Both the position numbers and the translations under genes were made by a program. A DNA stretch of 30,547 nt from a virus, in IMG/VR virus record IMGVR_UViG_3300034069_000443, positions 1 through 30,547 of that record; one strand, 5' to 3'. Below the pieces are notes generated by a model that saw only the letters and a list, made by a program, of their open reading frames with translations, was not told the DNA's origin and did no database searches. Below are positions 1 through 9,834 of this stretch, piece by piece. Numbering within the stretch: the first letter of the stretch is position 1; each line of letters opens with the position of its first letter.

Positions 1-333
1 ATGAATGAAGGTACAGCCCTTAACTTCGCTACTATGGTAGACAAAAACGGACAACCTATTATTAACGCTGGTATCGTGCAAGCCCCTCAATATCGCTTCT
101 TAGGTCATGACGTAGTATTAACAGACGCTTTACCAGACTTCGACGCAGCAGTCGCAACTAATACAGTCGCTGTATTGTTTGATTTGTCTAAATATATGCT
201 TAATACTTCCTATGAAGTAGACCTTTATACATATACTGACAACGCTACACGTCAAAAAGTTTACGATTCTATCGCATTGGTAGACGGCAAAGTAATCGAC
301 GCTAACGGCTTAGTCTTCGTTAATAAAAAATAA
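1..333 (+). CDS. major capsid protein, C-terminal part (same ORF as 29609-30547, wrapped across the contig junction)
   Basis: Bases 1-141 are identical to 30407-30547, so this 110-aa ORF is the in-frame tail of the frame that runs off the 3' end. Lies after portal and prohead protease in the circular map. Confidence 0.85.
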   Translation: MNEGTALNFATMVDKNGQPIINAGIVQAPQYRFLGHDVVLTDALPDFDAAVATNTVAVLFDLSKYMLNTSYEVDLYTYTDNATRQKVYDSIALVDGKVIDANGLVFVNKK

Positions 334-344
334 GGATTTAACCT

Positions 345-629
345 ATGACGCTTGACGATGTAAAACTATATCTTCGTATCGATACCGATGAAGAAGATAC
401 AGAATTACAACATTTAATTAATGCGTCTATCGGCTATATCGAATCGACAACGGGTAAGAGATATGACGATAGTTACCCTTTAATGGGGCAACTATCGTTA
501 TTACTTATATCCCATTGGTACACTAATCGGAATATAGCCAATAAATCGTCTATGATTGCCGAGTATCCTCATTCAATAACGGATATGCTTACGACTATTA
601 AATATAACGCTACGTATGAAGAGGTATAA
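345..629 (+). CDS. head-tail connector protein (gp6-like, Phage_connect_1 type)
   Basis: N-terminus MTLDDVKLYLRID..EDTELQHLINAS..YIESTTG is the typical signature. AAGGA RBS upstream. Directly follows the capsid gene. Confidence 0.8.
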   Translation: MTLDDVKLYLRIDTDEEDTELQHLINASIGYIESTTGKRYDDSYPLMGQLSLLLISHWYTNRNIANKSSMIAEYPHSITDMLTTIKYNATYEEV

Positions 630-631
630 CC

Positions 632-1000
632 ATGATTCTAAATCCTGGAAGATTAAATAGACGTATTACATTTTATAGAAAACAAAACATTACAACGCCT
701 AAAGGCTTTTCGACTGTACAAGATACGCCCATTTATAAATGCTGGGCGGCTATCTATCCAGTCAGAAATACAGATAATACATCTAATTCTGTTATTCAGA
801 ATACAGACCAAATAAAATTTATTATTAGATATACTAAAAAAATTAATTTCGATACGAATATGACTATTAAATTTAAAGATAAAGTCTATCGGATAATTGG
901 AATTACTGATCCGTACGACGATATGGAATCCCTAGAAATTATAGCGGAATCTATTAGCCGCGGTACTAACTCAAACGATAAGACACGGGGTACGAAATAA
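632..1000 (+). CDS. head closure / head-tail joining protein (SPP1 gp16-like)
   Basis: GRLNRRITF...KCWAAIYP...IKFIIRY...VYRIIGITDP pattern typical of the family. Tightly packed after the connector gene. Confidence 0.75.
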   Translation: MILNPGRLNRRITFYRKQNITTPKGFSTVQDTPIYKCWAAIYPVRNTDNTSNSVIQNTDQIKFIIRYTKKINFDTNMTIKFKDKVYRIIGITDPYDDMESLEIIAESISRGTNSNDKTRGTK

Positions 1001-1419
1001 TGGCAAGCCTTGAATTTCTAAATATTGACGACTTAATCGATAACATCGCCAACGCTATTGCCGACTATCCCGAAGAAGCCGAAAAGGCATTAAATCGTAC
1101 AGGGTTAGCACTAAAAAAAGAATTAGCTAATAAGACACCTGATTCCGGTACGGATCATAAAAAGAAATTGTCTAAATCCTGGAAGAAGCGCGTAACCGGT
1201 ACAGACCTTACCAACTTACAAGCCGAAGTATTTAATACAGCCCCTCATATTGGTTTAGTCGATAGAGGGCATAGGCTAGTATCTAAAACTGGTAAGACTA
1301 TCGGATTCGTGCAAGGTAAACATTTTATCGATTCGACTACTAAGGAAGTCGGACGTACTGTACTTCCCGTCGAATTAAACAAAATGGTTAAAAAATTAAA
1401 GAAAAAGATAGAGGGATAA
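1000..1419 (+). CDS. HK97 gp10-like neck/tail-completion protein
   Basis: LNRTGLALKKELANKTPDSGT..KLSKSWKK and APHIGLVDRGH motifs. ATAATG start/stop overlap with the upstream gene. Confidence 0.65.
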   Translation: MASLEFLNIDDLIDNIANAIADYPEEAEKALNRTGLALKKELANKTPDSGTDHKKKLSKSWKKRVTGTDLTNLQAEVFNTAPHIGLVDRGHRLVSKTGKTIGFVQGKHFIDSTTKEVGRTVLPVELNKMVKKLKKKIEG

Positions 1420-1420
1420 C

Positions 1421-1867
1421 ATGAATCAAATCGATATTTTATCTTCCGTTAAAGATAAGATAGCGGATATATATAGTTACCCTATCTATCTTGACGAAAC
1501 AAAAGAAGGCTTCGAATCGCCATGCTTTTTCTTAAAGGCGATTCGGACGTCTAACCGCAACAATTACAACTATCAAAAGAATTATGTATCGGTATACGTT
1601 ACTTTCTTTTCCGAGAAAGGCACATTATTAGCCGAAGACTTATACGATATTCAAGATAAATTAATAAATACTTTTATATACGGATTTTATCTATTAAATA
1701 AAAGACGTCATGTCTTAACAGAAAATCTACATACAGAAATTGACGGCGATGATAGCGATATCATTATTTTCTCTTTCGATATAAGTTACTTCGACGCCTT
1801 ACCGAATACCGATACCAATAATTACGACATGATGAATACTTTACATTTACAAGAAAGGTATAAATAA
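1421..1867 (+). CDS. tail terminator / tail completion protein (XkdJ position)
   Basis: 148-aa ORF with a GAGGG RBS, last gene before the sheath. Assigned by position only. Confidence 0.45.
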   Translation: MNQIDILSSVKDKIADIYSYPIYLDETKEGFESPCFFLKAIRTSNRNNYNYQKNYVSVYVTFFSEKGTLLAEDLYDIQDKLINTFIYGFYLLNKRRHVLTENLHTEIDGDDSDIIIFSFDISYFDALPNTDTNNYDMMNTLHLQERYK

Positions 1868-2955
1868 TGGGCTTACCTGAAATTAGTGTATATTTCAAAG
1901 AAAAAGGCATCGCAGCCATTGAATCCGCTAAACGTGGTATCATTCTTCTTTTGTTGAATGATACAAGCGTACAAGCCGTTACGAAATATACAGTCTTCGA
2001 TAACGACGATATCCCCGACACATTATCCGAAGATAATAAAAAACAATTAGAATTAGCGTTAATCGGCTATCAAACTACGCCGTATAAAATCGTAGCTTTA
2101 ACATTCCCTAAAGGTGCTAAAATAACCGATATCAACGCTAAATTAAAAGCAGCCGAAGCGATTAAATTTACGTACCTAGTCTATCCGGAAGCAACAGCGG
2201 AAGAAACTTCATCTATCGCTACATGGATTAAGGCACAACGTACGCAAAAAGATAACAAAGTTAAAGCTGTACTTTTCAAAAACGCAGCCGATAACGAAGG
2301 TATCATTAATGTTACAAACGAATATTTTGAAGTCAAAGACAAAAAATATACAGGTCAACAATATCTATCCCGTATCGCTGGTTTAATTTGTGGTACACCT
2401 GCTACAATTTCTTGTACATTCGCGCCACTTCCTGAAGTTACCGGCGTAGAATTTGTAGATCGCGAAACATTAGACCGACGTATCGACGCCGGCGAATTTG
2501 TAGTCTTCGATGACGGCGAAAAAATTAAAGTAGCGCGTGGTGTTAACTCTTATGTAACGACTGTACAAGATAAAGGTAAATCCTTTAAGAAAATTAAACT
2601 CGTCGAATTAATGGATATGATCCACGACGATATTAAAAAGACAGCTGAAGATAACTATCTCGGTAAATATGCTAACTCCTACGATAATCGCTGCCTATTA
2701 ACTACAGCTATTAACGGCTACTTCCTCGAATTAGAGGCTAACTCTTTAGCCGAAAAAGGTAAAAATAACTGCACTATCGACGTAGAAGCAACTAAGATTT
2801 ACCTTATGAAAAACGGCCGCAAAACTAAAGAAGAATTAAAAGCTATGAAAGATATTGAAATCAAATACGAAAATATCGGCGATAATGTCTTCTTAACGGC
2901 TGAAATGTCCCTATTGGACGCTATCGAAACTATTAAGTTACCAATTCATATTTAA
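1867..2955 (+). CDS. contractile tail sheath protein (XkdK-like)
   Basis: 362 aa. N-terminus GLPEISVYFKEKG..AIESAKRGIILLLL typical of Firmicute sheath proteins. Gene order sheath-tube-chaperone-tape measure. Confidence 0.85.
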   Translation: MGLPEISVYFKEKGIAAIESAKRGIILLLLNDTSVQAVTKYTVFDNDDIPDTLSEDNKKQLELALIGYQTTPYKIVALTFPKGAKITDINAKLKAAEAIKFTYLVYPEATAEETSSIATWIKAQRTQKDNKVKAVLFKNAADNEGIINVTNEYFEVKDKKYTGQQYLSRIAGLICGTPATISCTFAPLPEVTGVEFVDRETLDRRIDAGEFVVFDDGEKIKVARGVNSYVTTVQDKGKSFKKIKLVELMDMIHDDIKKTAEDNYLGKYANSYDNRCLLTTAINGYFLELEANSLAEKGKNNCTIDVEATKIYLMKNGRKTKEELKAMKDIEIKYENIGDNVFLTAEMSLLDAIETIKLPIHI

Positions 2956-2973
2956 ATAAAGGATTAATCTAAC

Positions 2974-3402
2974 ATGGAAGCATATAAAGGTACACAAGTC
3001 GTAAATGGTACATGGGGCGAAGTATGGATTAATTCCCGTTATCTCGCTGAAGTCGTATCCTTAAAAGCGACAATTACACTCGATAAAACTGAAGTCAAAC
3101 ACAATAAACAACTTGCAAAAGACTATAAAGTTATGGCTATGACTTGCAAGGGCAGCATTAAAATGCATAAAGTAGATAGCTACTTCTTAAAAGAAATGGC
3201 TGCCGAAATTAAGCAAGGTAAACAACCGGTATTTACAATCGAATCTAAACTACATGATCCAGATTCTATCGGCGAAGAAAGAATCGTAATCCGCGACGCT
3301 ACATTCGATACGCTTAATCTTATCGACTGGGAAGTAGGTAAAGTCGGCGACGATTCCTATAACTTTACATTCTCCGATTACGATATCGTTGAAACTATGT
3401 AA
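2974..3402 (+). CDS. tail tube protein (XkdM-like)
   Basis: 142 aa, VNGTWGEVWINSRYLAEV..LKA pattern. Immediately downstream of the sheath gene with an AAAGGA RBS. Confidence 0.8.
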   Translation: MEAYKGTQVVNGTWGEVWINSRYLAEVVSLKATITLDKTEVKHNKQLAKDYKVMAMTCKGSIKMHKVDSYFLKEMAAEIKQGKQPVFTIESKLHDPDSIGEERIVIRDATFDTLNLIDWEVGKVGDDSYNFTFSDYDIVETM

Positions 3403-3412
3403 TTATTAACGT

Positions 3413-3442
3413 AAGGGATTCATTATTAATAGTGAATCCCTT
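3413..3442 (+). terminator. 10-bp perfect hairpin after the tube gene (attenuator/partial terminator)
   Basis: AAGGGATTCA (3413-3422) pairs with TGAATCCCTT (3433-3442), followed by ATTATTTA. Sits between the abundant sheath/tube genes and the low-copy chaperone/TMP genes. Confidence 0.4.
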
Positions 3443-3470
3443 ATTATTTAACCAAAGGAAATATATAATC

Positions 3471-3899
3471 ATGGCTGAATTAAATTTAGTCGATACTTTA
3501 TTATCTAAAGATATCGAAACATTAACACATAAGGATACATGTACTTACGTAGTTGAATCCTTATCTAAAAAAACAAACACTAACTTCGAAATTACCTTAC
3601 AAGCATTAACAGCTAAAGACTTCATGCGAATCCGTCGTAATTGTAGTACTACCGATAAGAAAGGTAAGACTATTATTAACGAGGATAAATTCGCTTCTTT
3701 CGTACTATTGGAAGGTATTAAAAATCCTGATTTACATAATGAAGCATTGGTACGCCACTATAAAGTAGCAACTCCTGCTGAATTAGTATTATCTATGTTT
3801 ACAGTCGGCGAAATCGGTGATATCGTAACTAAAATTAATGAGTTATCAGGTAATAACATCGACGACGTAGAAGAAGCGGAAGAAGAAGTAAAAAACTAA
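3471..3899 (+). CDS. tail assembly chaperone, short form (XkdN-like)
   Basis: Start moved to ATG 3471 (AAAGGA RBS 10 nt upstream). The 3432 GTG lies inside the hairpin. C-terminal GEIGDIVTKINELSG and an acidic tail are typical of XkdN-type chaperones. Confidence 0.75.
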   Translation: MAELNLVDTLLSKDIETLTHKDTCTYVVESLSKKTNTNFEITLQALTAKDFMRIRRNCSTTDKKGKTIINEDKFASFVLLEGIKNPDLHNEALVRHYKVATPAELVLSMFTVGEIGDIVTKINELSGNNIDDVEEAEEEVKN

Positions 3900-4069
3900 T
3901 TAACACCGATAGGCAAGTACAAACTATGTACTTTTTATATCGATATCATCATATAATGCCAAGTACATATTATAATATGCCAATCGGTGAAAAATTAGTC
4001 GTTAACGCCTTTGTAAGTTTTGAGATAGAAAAACGAATAGAAGAAGCCGAAAGGCTTAAAGGTGATTAA
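3471..4069 (+). CDS. tail assembly chaperone, long form made by -1 frameshift (G-T analogue)
   Basis: After slippage at 3890-3896 the -1 frame (3896-4066) adds 57 aa (LINTDRQVQTMYFLYRYHHIMPSTYYNMPIGEKLVVNAF..EAERLKGD). It fills an otherwise unannotated 170-nt gap. Confidence 0.55.
3890..3896 (+). promoter_or_regulatory. -1 programmed frameshift slippery heptamer A_AAA_AAC
   Basis: Zero-frame GTA AAA AAC TAA. The heptamer lies directly before the stop. The -1 frame is open from 3857 to 4066 and ends in TAATG overlapping the tape measure start. Confidence 0.6.
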
Positions 4070-6099
4070 TGGCGACAGTAATTGACGCAATTATCAAATT
4101 GCAAGACGACATGTCAGATAAGTTAAAGGCGGTAAACTCTAACTTAAAGAAAACTGACAGAATGGCTAAAGCCACAAGTAAAAGCATAGCCAATATGGGA
4201 AAAAACTTCGATAAAGCAGCTAGTAAATTACAACCTTTTGCAGCAGCTGCTATCGGTACGGCTACGTTAGCCGTTAATGCATTCGCCGAATTCGATACTA
4301 AACATCATGCTATGTTAAATAAACTTGATGTAGAAACTCGTAAAAGTGCAGATATATCGAAACAAGCATTTACGGATATGTCCCTCACGGTAGCAAAATC
4401 GGCCGAAGATTTAGTCGGAATTGCTAACTCATTAGGCGGCGCTATCGACGGTTTATCCGGTAATCAGTTAAATAAAATGACGCAAGAAGTCGCTAAATTC
4501 GCTATTGCAACAGATACGGCTTCCGACGTTGCGTCCGAAATGGTATCGAATACTGTTAATGCCTTCAAATTGCCGGCTGAAGAAGTCCCTAAATTATTAG
4601 ACGCTATTACGGCCGCGTCTAACTATTCTTCGGCCGACGTTAAAGACTTAGGCGAAGCATTATCTAAATGCTCCGCTTCCGCGTCCGGTATGAATCAGAA
4701 TATTTACGATACGTCCGCAGCCTTAGCCGTATTAGCTAACGCCGGCGTTAAAGGTAGTGAAGCCGGTACAGGATTATCTAACATATTCGAAAAAATGGCT
4801 AATCCGAAGAATGCCGAAGTATTTACTAATATCGGCGTACAAGTATTTGACGCACAAGGTAAAATGCGTAACTTAGTCGATATTGCTGAAGACTTTAATA
4901 ATAAAACTAAAAACATGGGCGACGCTGAAAAACAATATTTAGCTATCCAAGCATTCGGCGATGTAGGCGCGCGCGCATTTAATAAGTTAGCCGGTAATGC
5001 TGAAGCATACCGAAAGCAACAACAACAAATTAGAGATAGTCAAGGCGCTATGAATGCAGCTTACGACGAAATGAATCAATCCCTGGGCGTAAATCTTCAG
5101 TTAGCCAAGAATAGCGGTATGGCTATTCTTTATAAAATCGGCGAAAAACTAGCGCCGCAAGTTAAAGAAATAGCCGATTATTTAACCGAATTCGCTAAGA
5201 AAGTAACACAAGCCGACGACGGTACATTAGACTGGGTAATCTCAATCGGTAAAGTCGTAGTCGGATTATTCGCCTTCTTAAAAGCTGCTAGCGTTACTAT
5301 GTCTATCGTATCGGCTATTGCCGCTAATATGAAAACATTACGCGCTGTATTTAGTCTTATCCAAGTAGCAGCAAGCGGATTATTTAAAGTTTTAATTATT
5401 GGTATTCGCGCCGTAGCAACTGCTTTTATGGCTAACCCTATCGGCGCAATCATTACGGCTATTATTGTTGTATTAATGCTACTTTACTATAACTGGGATA
5501 CTGTTAAAGAATATTTAATTAAAGGTTGGGAATTAGTTAAAGCCGCCTTTAATGCCGGTGTATCCTGGTTTAACGATGTATTCGTAGCCGGTTTAAGTAA
5601 TGGTATGTCAGCATTAGGCAGCTTCTTTAGTAACGTTTGGGAAGGAATTAAATCAGGTGTAGCCGGTGCATGTGAATTCATTCGTAGTACGATTAATACG
5701 ATTATCGGATTAATTAACGGCTTATCCTTTACAATTCCTGACTGGGTACCAGGATTCGGCGGATCATCTTTCAGCATGAATATTCCGTTACTATTTACTG
5801 GTGCTGAAGATTGGAAAGGCGGCCTAGCTAAGATTAACGATCAGGGCGGCGAAATCGTCGACTTGCCTTCCGGTACTCGTGTAATGCCGCATGATAAATC
5901 TATAAGAGAAGCGCGTGATATGGGACGCTTAGAAGGCGCTACATATTCTAAGAATAATAATTCTACGACTAATATTAATATTAGTAAGTTAGCCGATTCT
6001 GTTACAGTACGCCAGGATTCCGATATCGACGAAATCGTTAATCGTTTTGTCGAAAAACTTAAAATAGCTTCTATTAACCGTATGGAAGGGGCAGTTTAA
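4069..6099 (+). CDS. tail tape measure protein
   Basis: 676 aa, helical Ala/Lys-rich N-half, segment AGVKGSEAGTGLSNIFEKM, long hydrophobic Gly/Ala/Ile block mid-protein. Lies after the chaperone pair. Confidence 0.85.
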   Translation: MATVIDAIIKLQDDMSDKLKAVNSNLKKTDRMAKATSKSIANMGKNFDKAASKLQPFAAAAIGTATLAVNAFAEFDTKHHAMLNKLDVETRKSADISKQAFTDMSLTVAKSAEDLVGIANSLGGAIDGLSGNQLNKMTQEVAKFAIATDTASDVASEMVSNTVNAFKLPAEEVPKLLDAITAASNYSSADVKDLGEALSKCSASASGMNQNIYDTSAALAVLANAGVKGSEAGTGLSNIFEKMANPKNAEVFTNIGVQVFDAQGKMRNLVDIAEDFNNKTKNMGDAEKQYLAIQAFGDVGARAFNKLAGNAEAYRKQQQQIRDSQGAMNAAYDEMNQSLGVNLQLAKNSGMAILYKIGEKLAPQVKEIADYLTEFAKKVTQADDGTLDWVISIGKVVVGLFAFLKAASVTMSIVSAIAANMKTLRAVFSLIQVAASGLFKVLIIGIRAVATAFMANPIGAIITAIIVVLMLLYYNWDTVKEYLIKGWELVKAAFNAGVSWFNDVFVAGLSNGMSALGSFFSNVWEGIKSGVAGACEFIRSTINTIIGLINGLSFTIPDWVPGFGGSSFSMNIPLLFTGAEDWKGGLAKINDQGGEIVDLPSGTRVMPHDKSIREARDMGRLEGATYSKNNNSTTNINISKLADSVTVRQDSDIDEIVNRFVEKLKIASINRMEGAV

Positions 6100-6101
6100 T
6101 T

Positions 6102-6911
6102 ATGAGTATTTTTACTTCTTCCGTAGTCGAAAATATCGTTAATAAAGGCTTAGCTTCATTATTTAACATTAATTCACTTACTAATAATGCCGAATCCGGT
6201 ACAGTTATCATTACCGGTAAAAATGGTAGTATCACTTTACCAGTTATTCCGGAATCTTACACGGTTAACGTTAATAACAATAATAGTATCATTAATATTC
6301 AATCGCTAGGCGATTTAAATATGGTAGGTAAGACTGGCCTTCGTAAAATAGCTTTTAGTACATTTTTACCGGCTATCGATTATCCTTATGCGAAAGCCGT
6401 CGATACTACTGATTATATTAATAGAATTAATAGTATTCGTACTTCCGATACATATTGTCATTTAACGATAACTGATTCTATCGTCGATTTCGACGTAACT
6501 ATCGATTCGTTTAATATCGAAGAAGGTAGCGGCGTCGGCGATATCAATATTAGTTTTTCTTTTACGGAATATAAGCATTTAAATGCTGAGTCTAAAAAGA
6601 CTGATCCGAATACTGGTTTAAAGGAAAGGCCGACTACAGCTTTAAAAAAAGTAACGGCTAACTTATCCTATAGAAGGGGAGATACGCCGTTAACTTTCCT
6701 TAACCGTGCTATTTCCAAAACTAACGGTAAAGGATTAGACGTTAATCAGCAAAAGTATTTAAAGTATGCTAAAGGCTTAGTTAAATCCGCAAGCGATAAG
6801 AAACTAACTTTCGATATCGGTGATATTATCAATCTAAGAAAGAATCAAGATAATACTCTTACGGCCAATATGAAAGGTAAGGAAGTTATTTTAAGCGAAA
6901 CGAAAGGATAA
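6102..6911 (+). CDS. distal tail/baseplate protein (XkdP position, no LysM recognised)
   Basis: 269-aa ORF directly after the tape measure. Assigned by synteny. Confidence 0.45.
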   Translation: MSIFTSSVVENIVNKGLASLFNINSLTNNAESGTVIITGKNGSITLPVIPESYTVNVNNNNSIINIQSLGDLNMVGKTGLRKIAFSTFLPAIDYPYAKAVDTTDYINRINSIRTSDTYCHLTITDSIVDFDVTIDSFNIEEGSGVGDINISFSFTEYKHLNAESKKTDPNTGLKERPTTALKKVTANLSYRRGDTPLTFLNRAISKTNGKGLDVNQQKYLKYAKGLVKSASDKKLTFDIGDIINLRKNQDNTLTANMKGKEVILSETKG

Positions 6912-6917
6912 TCTATC

Positions 6918-7910
6918 ATGACTAACTTTAAATTTTTAGTAAATGATAAGGATATCACAAATTATATAACTTCCTTTACCTGGAGTGGCGATAATAACGA
7001 AGCAGCGCGAAAGCTAGAATTTTCAATCGCTTTTAATAACGTAACTAAAGATTCTAGCTTCGTTAATCCTAAAATAGAATTAGGTGATGTAGTTATCGTA
7101 AAGTACATAGAATCTATTAATGAATTGGATTCTAAAGAAATTATTTTATTTAAAGGTAAGATATGGGTACACAATCGAGATACATCATCTTATGAAAAGC
7201 GATTCACAGCCTATGATGATTTAATCTTATTAGCTAAATCTAAGTTAAATAAGAAATTCAAAAATAGTACTGTATTAGACGATTTAAAACAAGTAGCTAA
7301 CGAATGGGGATTTAACGTCGTACTCGATAAAGGCGTAACCCTTGACGCTAAAGGCGATTTTATCGCCGACGGTATGACAGCTACGGAAATTTTTACTAAG
7401 GCCTTATCTTTACAAACTGCTAAAGATAATAAAAAGTATTCCATAATGGCCTTAGATGAAAATAATAATATTATTATCGGCGATAACAGTACGCAACAAA
7501 TAGCGAATTTTTCCTTAACAGATAAAACTAATATTCTATCGTCTTCGCATGGTGAATCCATTGAAAACCTGATATCCCTGGTTTATATTGCCGATAATAA
7601 CGGCGATACGTCATCTGATCGTACCGTTAAAGGTGAATGGGCGTTAAATAAATTCGGTAAAATTACCGAAATATATAAACCTGACGAAAAAGTCGATACT
7701 AAAACTGCTGCTACGCAATTACTTCATTCAGTCGATACTGAAGCTTCATTAAGCGCTATCGGTAACATATACTGTGTAGCCGGTAAAAGTATCGAAATTC
7801 AAGAGGAAAATCTAAAGGGTAAGTTTTTTATCAAGACAGATAGTCATACATTCCAAAATGGACAGCATACGATGAATCTTACCCTAGATTTTACTAAAAT
7901 TGTTAAATAA
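6918..7910 (+). CDS. baseplate hub protein (XkdQ / late-control-D-like)
   Basis: 330 aa. ITSFTWSGDNNEAARKLEFSIA motif typical of XkdQ/gpD-like proteins. Synteny. Confidence 0.65.
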   Translation: MTNFKFLVNDKDITNYITSFTWSGDNNEAARKLEFSIAFNNVTKDSSFVNPKIELGDVVIVKYIESINELDSKEIILFKGKIWVHNRDTSSYEKRFTAYDDLILLAKSKLNKKFKNSTVLDDLKQVANEWGFNVVLDKGVTLDAKGDFIADGMTATEIFTKALSLQTAKDNKKYSIMALDENNNIIIGDNSTQQIANFSLTDKTNILSSSHGESIENLISLVYIADNNGDTSSDRTVKGEWALNKFGKITEIYKPDEKVDTKTAATQLLHSVDTEASLSAIGNIYCVAGKSIEIQEENLKGKFFIKTDSHTFQNGQHTMNLTLDFTKIVK

Positions 7911-7930
7911 TAAGTCCGATACATATAATT

Positions 7931-8341
7931 ATGGAAAAAGATCCTATTACACAATACCTTGATATAGTTAATGGCGTAGCGGCTAATAATCAGCCGCCAC
8001 TTCCGGCGATTGGTAAAGTCTTAGCGCCGCCGCCTAATATCAAAGTACAATATAAAGATTTCATTTTAGAAAAAGAAGATGTATGGATTAGCGAATATCT
8101 ATTAATCGGCTACGAAAGGACTGCTAAAGGTACTATCGTATCCGAAACACAACCACGCAGCGGTGGCGGTGGCTATGCTTTATTCGCTTCGCATACACAT
8201 GAAATAAATAATCCGTATACGGATAACATAATCTATACAGACACATTAAAGCCTGGTGATTATGTATCGATTATTCCTTTTCAACAGACAGAAGGGGATT
8301 CTCAACAATATTTTATATCTGATAAGATAGTACATTTATAA
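7931..8341 (+). CDS. baseplate spike-like protein (XkdR / DUF2577-like)
   Basis: 136 aa. IGKVLAPPPNIKVQYKDFILEKEDV pattern and a SHTHEI His-x-His motif. Synteny. Confidence 0.55.
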   Translation: MEKDPITQYLDIVNGVAANNQPPLPAIGKVLAPPPNIKVQYKDFILEKEDVWISEYLLIGYERTAKGTIVSETQPRSGGGGYALFASHTHEINNPYTDNIIYTDTLKPGDYVSIIPFQQTEGDSQQYFISDKIVHL

Positions 8342-8358
8342 TACAGAAAGGTTAAAGC

Positions 8359-8787
8359 ATGGCTAATCCTTTCCTTAATAGTGATTTCGATACGATTACG
8401 ACTTCGAATACGCTTCCCCTATTAAAAGAATATGCATGGGATTTTACTCACGACGTTTTCAGAAAAAACGCCGACGGTCAGCATATTGTAGTAACAGAAA
8501 ACGAAGCGTTAAAAGTATGGATTTATAAAACACTTAAAACTGAAAGATTCCGTTACGTTGCCTATCATGACAGCTACGGAATCGAATTAGAAAAATACAT
8601 CGGCCAGGCTAATATTCCTGGTACGGCCGAAATGATTAAGAAAGATATCATCGAAGGCTTAAAAGTAAATCCGTATATCGTAAGTATCGATAAACTCGAT
8701 ATTACAAAGCAAGAAGACGATATAGTCGAAATCACTATTTATCTAACTTCTATTTATTCTCCGTTTGCGTTAAAGGTGGTGATTTAA
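8359..8787 (+). CDS. baseplate wedge protein (XkdS / DUF2634, gp25/W-like)
   Basis: 142 aa. Lies between the spike-like and baseplate-J genes. Confidence 0.55.
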   Translation: MANPFLNSDFDTITTSNTLPLLKEYAWDFTHDVFRKNADGQHIVVTENEALKVWIYKTLKTERFRYVAYHDSYGIELEKYIGQANIPGTAEMIKKDIIEGLKVNPYIVSIDKLDITKQEDDIVEITIYLTSIYSPFALKVVI

Positions 8788-8790
8788 GAA

Positions 8791-9834
8791 ATGGCAAAAC
8801 TAAAAGGTTTACAAGACGTTAATACCATACAACAACGTTTAATATCTACTATTAAAGGTAATCCTGAAACGATTATAGAAGGATCATTTAAGCGTGATAT
8901 TATTAACGCTACTTCCGAAGAATTTAAAAACGCTTATTTCGAAATCGATTTAGTTAAAGATTCCGCCTTTACTGCTACTTCCTGGGGCGAATATCTTACG
9001 GCTAAATGCAGCGATATGGGTATCGATAGAAAATTAGCCGTTAAAGCACATGGCGAAGTTACTGTAAAAGGTAACGCTAACGCCTGGATTCCGGCGAAAT
9101 CATTATTTCAATCTGACAGCGGTTATAAATTCTATACGACTGAAGAATCCTTTATCGACGATAACGGCACTGCTACGATTCCGATTGAAGCTGAGCAACC
9201 TGGCACAGAATATAATTTAGAAGCTAATACGATTACGATTATACCGATGAGTATAGGCGGCGTAACATCGGTTACTAATAATAATCCGACTATCGACGGC
9301 TTTAACGAAGAAACAGACGAAGCATTATATCAACGATATAGCGATTATATTAGACAGCCGGCTACTTCAGGGAATATCTTTCATTATAATCAATGGGCGA
9401 CTTCCGTTAGTGGCGTAGGCGGCTGCCGTGTAACAGAATTAGTTAACGGCCCTGGTACGGTAGGCGTCGCTATCGTCGATAGTAACGGCGATAAAGCTAG
9501 TACCGATTTAATTAATAAGGTTAAAGCCTATATCGAATTAAAACGTCCGGCCGGCGCTAAAGTTATCGTATCTACTCCGGAAATCCTTACGATTAATATT
9601 AATGTAACTGGGTTAGTCGGTACTGGTACGGAAGAAGCGTTTAAAAAATTATTAACTGAATACTTCCGTACGCACGGATTCAAATTGACTAAAGTTAGTC
9701 AGGCCGATATAGTTAAACAATTATTTAACGCCGGCTATACTGACTATAATAGTATTCAAATTAATAGTACTAATGGATCAGTAGCATTAAATGGTAAACT
9801 TCCTAAGATTGGTACGGTGGTATTCAATGGCTAG
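8791..9834 (+). CDS. baseplate J-like protein (XkdT-like)
   Basis: 347 aa. Pattern GSFKRDIINATSEEF..., GEVTVKGN..IPA...F. Conserved position. Confidence 0.75.
   Translation: MAKLKGLQDVNTIQQRLISTIKGNPETIIEGSFKRDIINATSEEFKNAYFEIDLVKDSAFTATSWGEYLTAKCSDMGIDRKLAVKAHGEVTVKGNANAWIPAKSLFQSDSGYKFYTTEESFIDDNGTATIPIEAEQPGTEYNLEANTITIIPMSIGGVTSVTNNNPTIDGFNEETDEALYQRYSDYIRQPATSGNIFHYNQWATSVSGVGGCRVTELVNGPGTVGVAIVDSNGDKASTDLINKVKAYIELKRPAGAKVIVSTPEILTININVTGLVGTGTEEAFKKLLTEYFRTHGFKLTKVSQADIVKQLFNAGYTDYNSIQINSTNGSVALNGKLPKIGTVVFNG

Noticed and set aside
1764-2021. Minus-strand 85-aa ORF spanning the terminator-protein/sheath junction
   Set aside because: It is antisense to two tightly packed late genes and has no RBS. 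Likely spurious.
3432-3470. GTG start at 3432 for the chaperone gene (ORF-track start)
   Set aside because: The GTG lies inside the 3' arm of the 10-bp hairpin after the tube gene and lacks an RBS. ATG 3471 has AAAGGA at the proper spacing.
4704-5777. Three minus-strand ORFs (4704-4916, 5178-5453, 5487-5777) inside the tape measure gene
   Set aside because: They are antisense shadow ORFs within a long, well-supported plus-strand gene. They have low-complexity composition, no RBS and no operon context.
6962-7561. Minus-strand ORFs 6962-7174 and 7211-7561 inside the XkdQ-like gene
   Set aside because: They are antisense shadow ORFs in an AT-rich coding region.
9791-9826. Upstream ATG 9791 for the XkdU-like gene, and likewise ATG 13355 for the XkdW-position gene
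   Set aside because: Both would overlap the preceding gene by 44-56 nt. Internal ATGs (9827; 13415) give the usual short overlap or adjacency, and 9827 gives a family-typical N-terminus.
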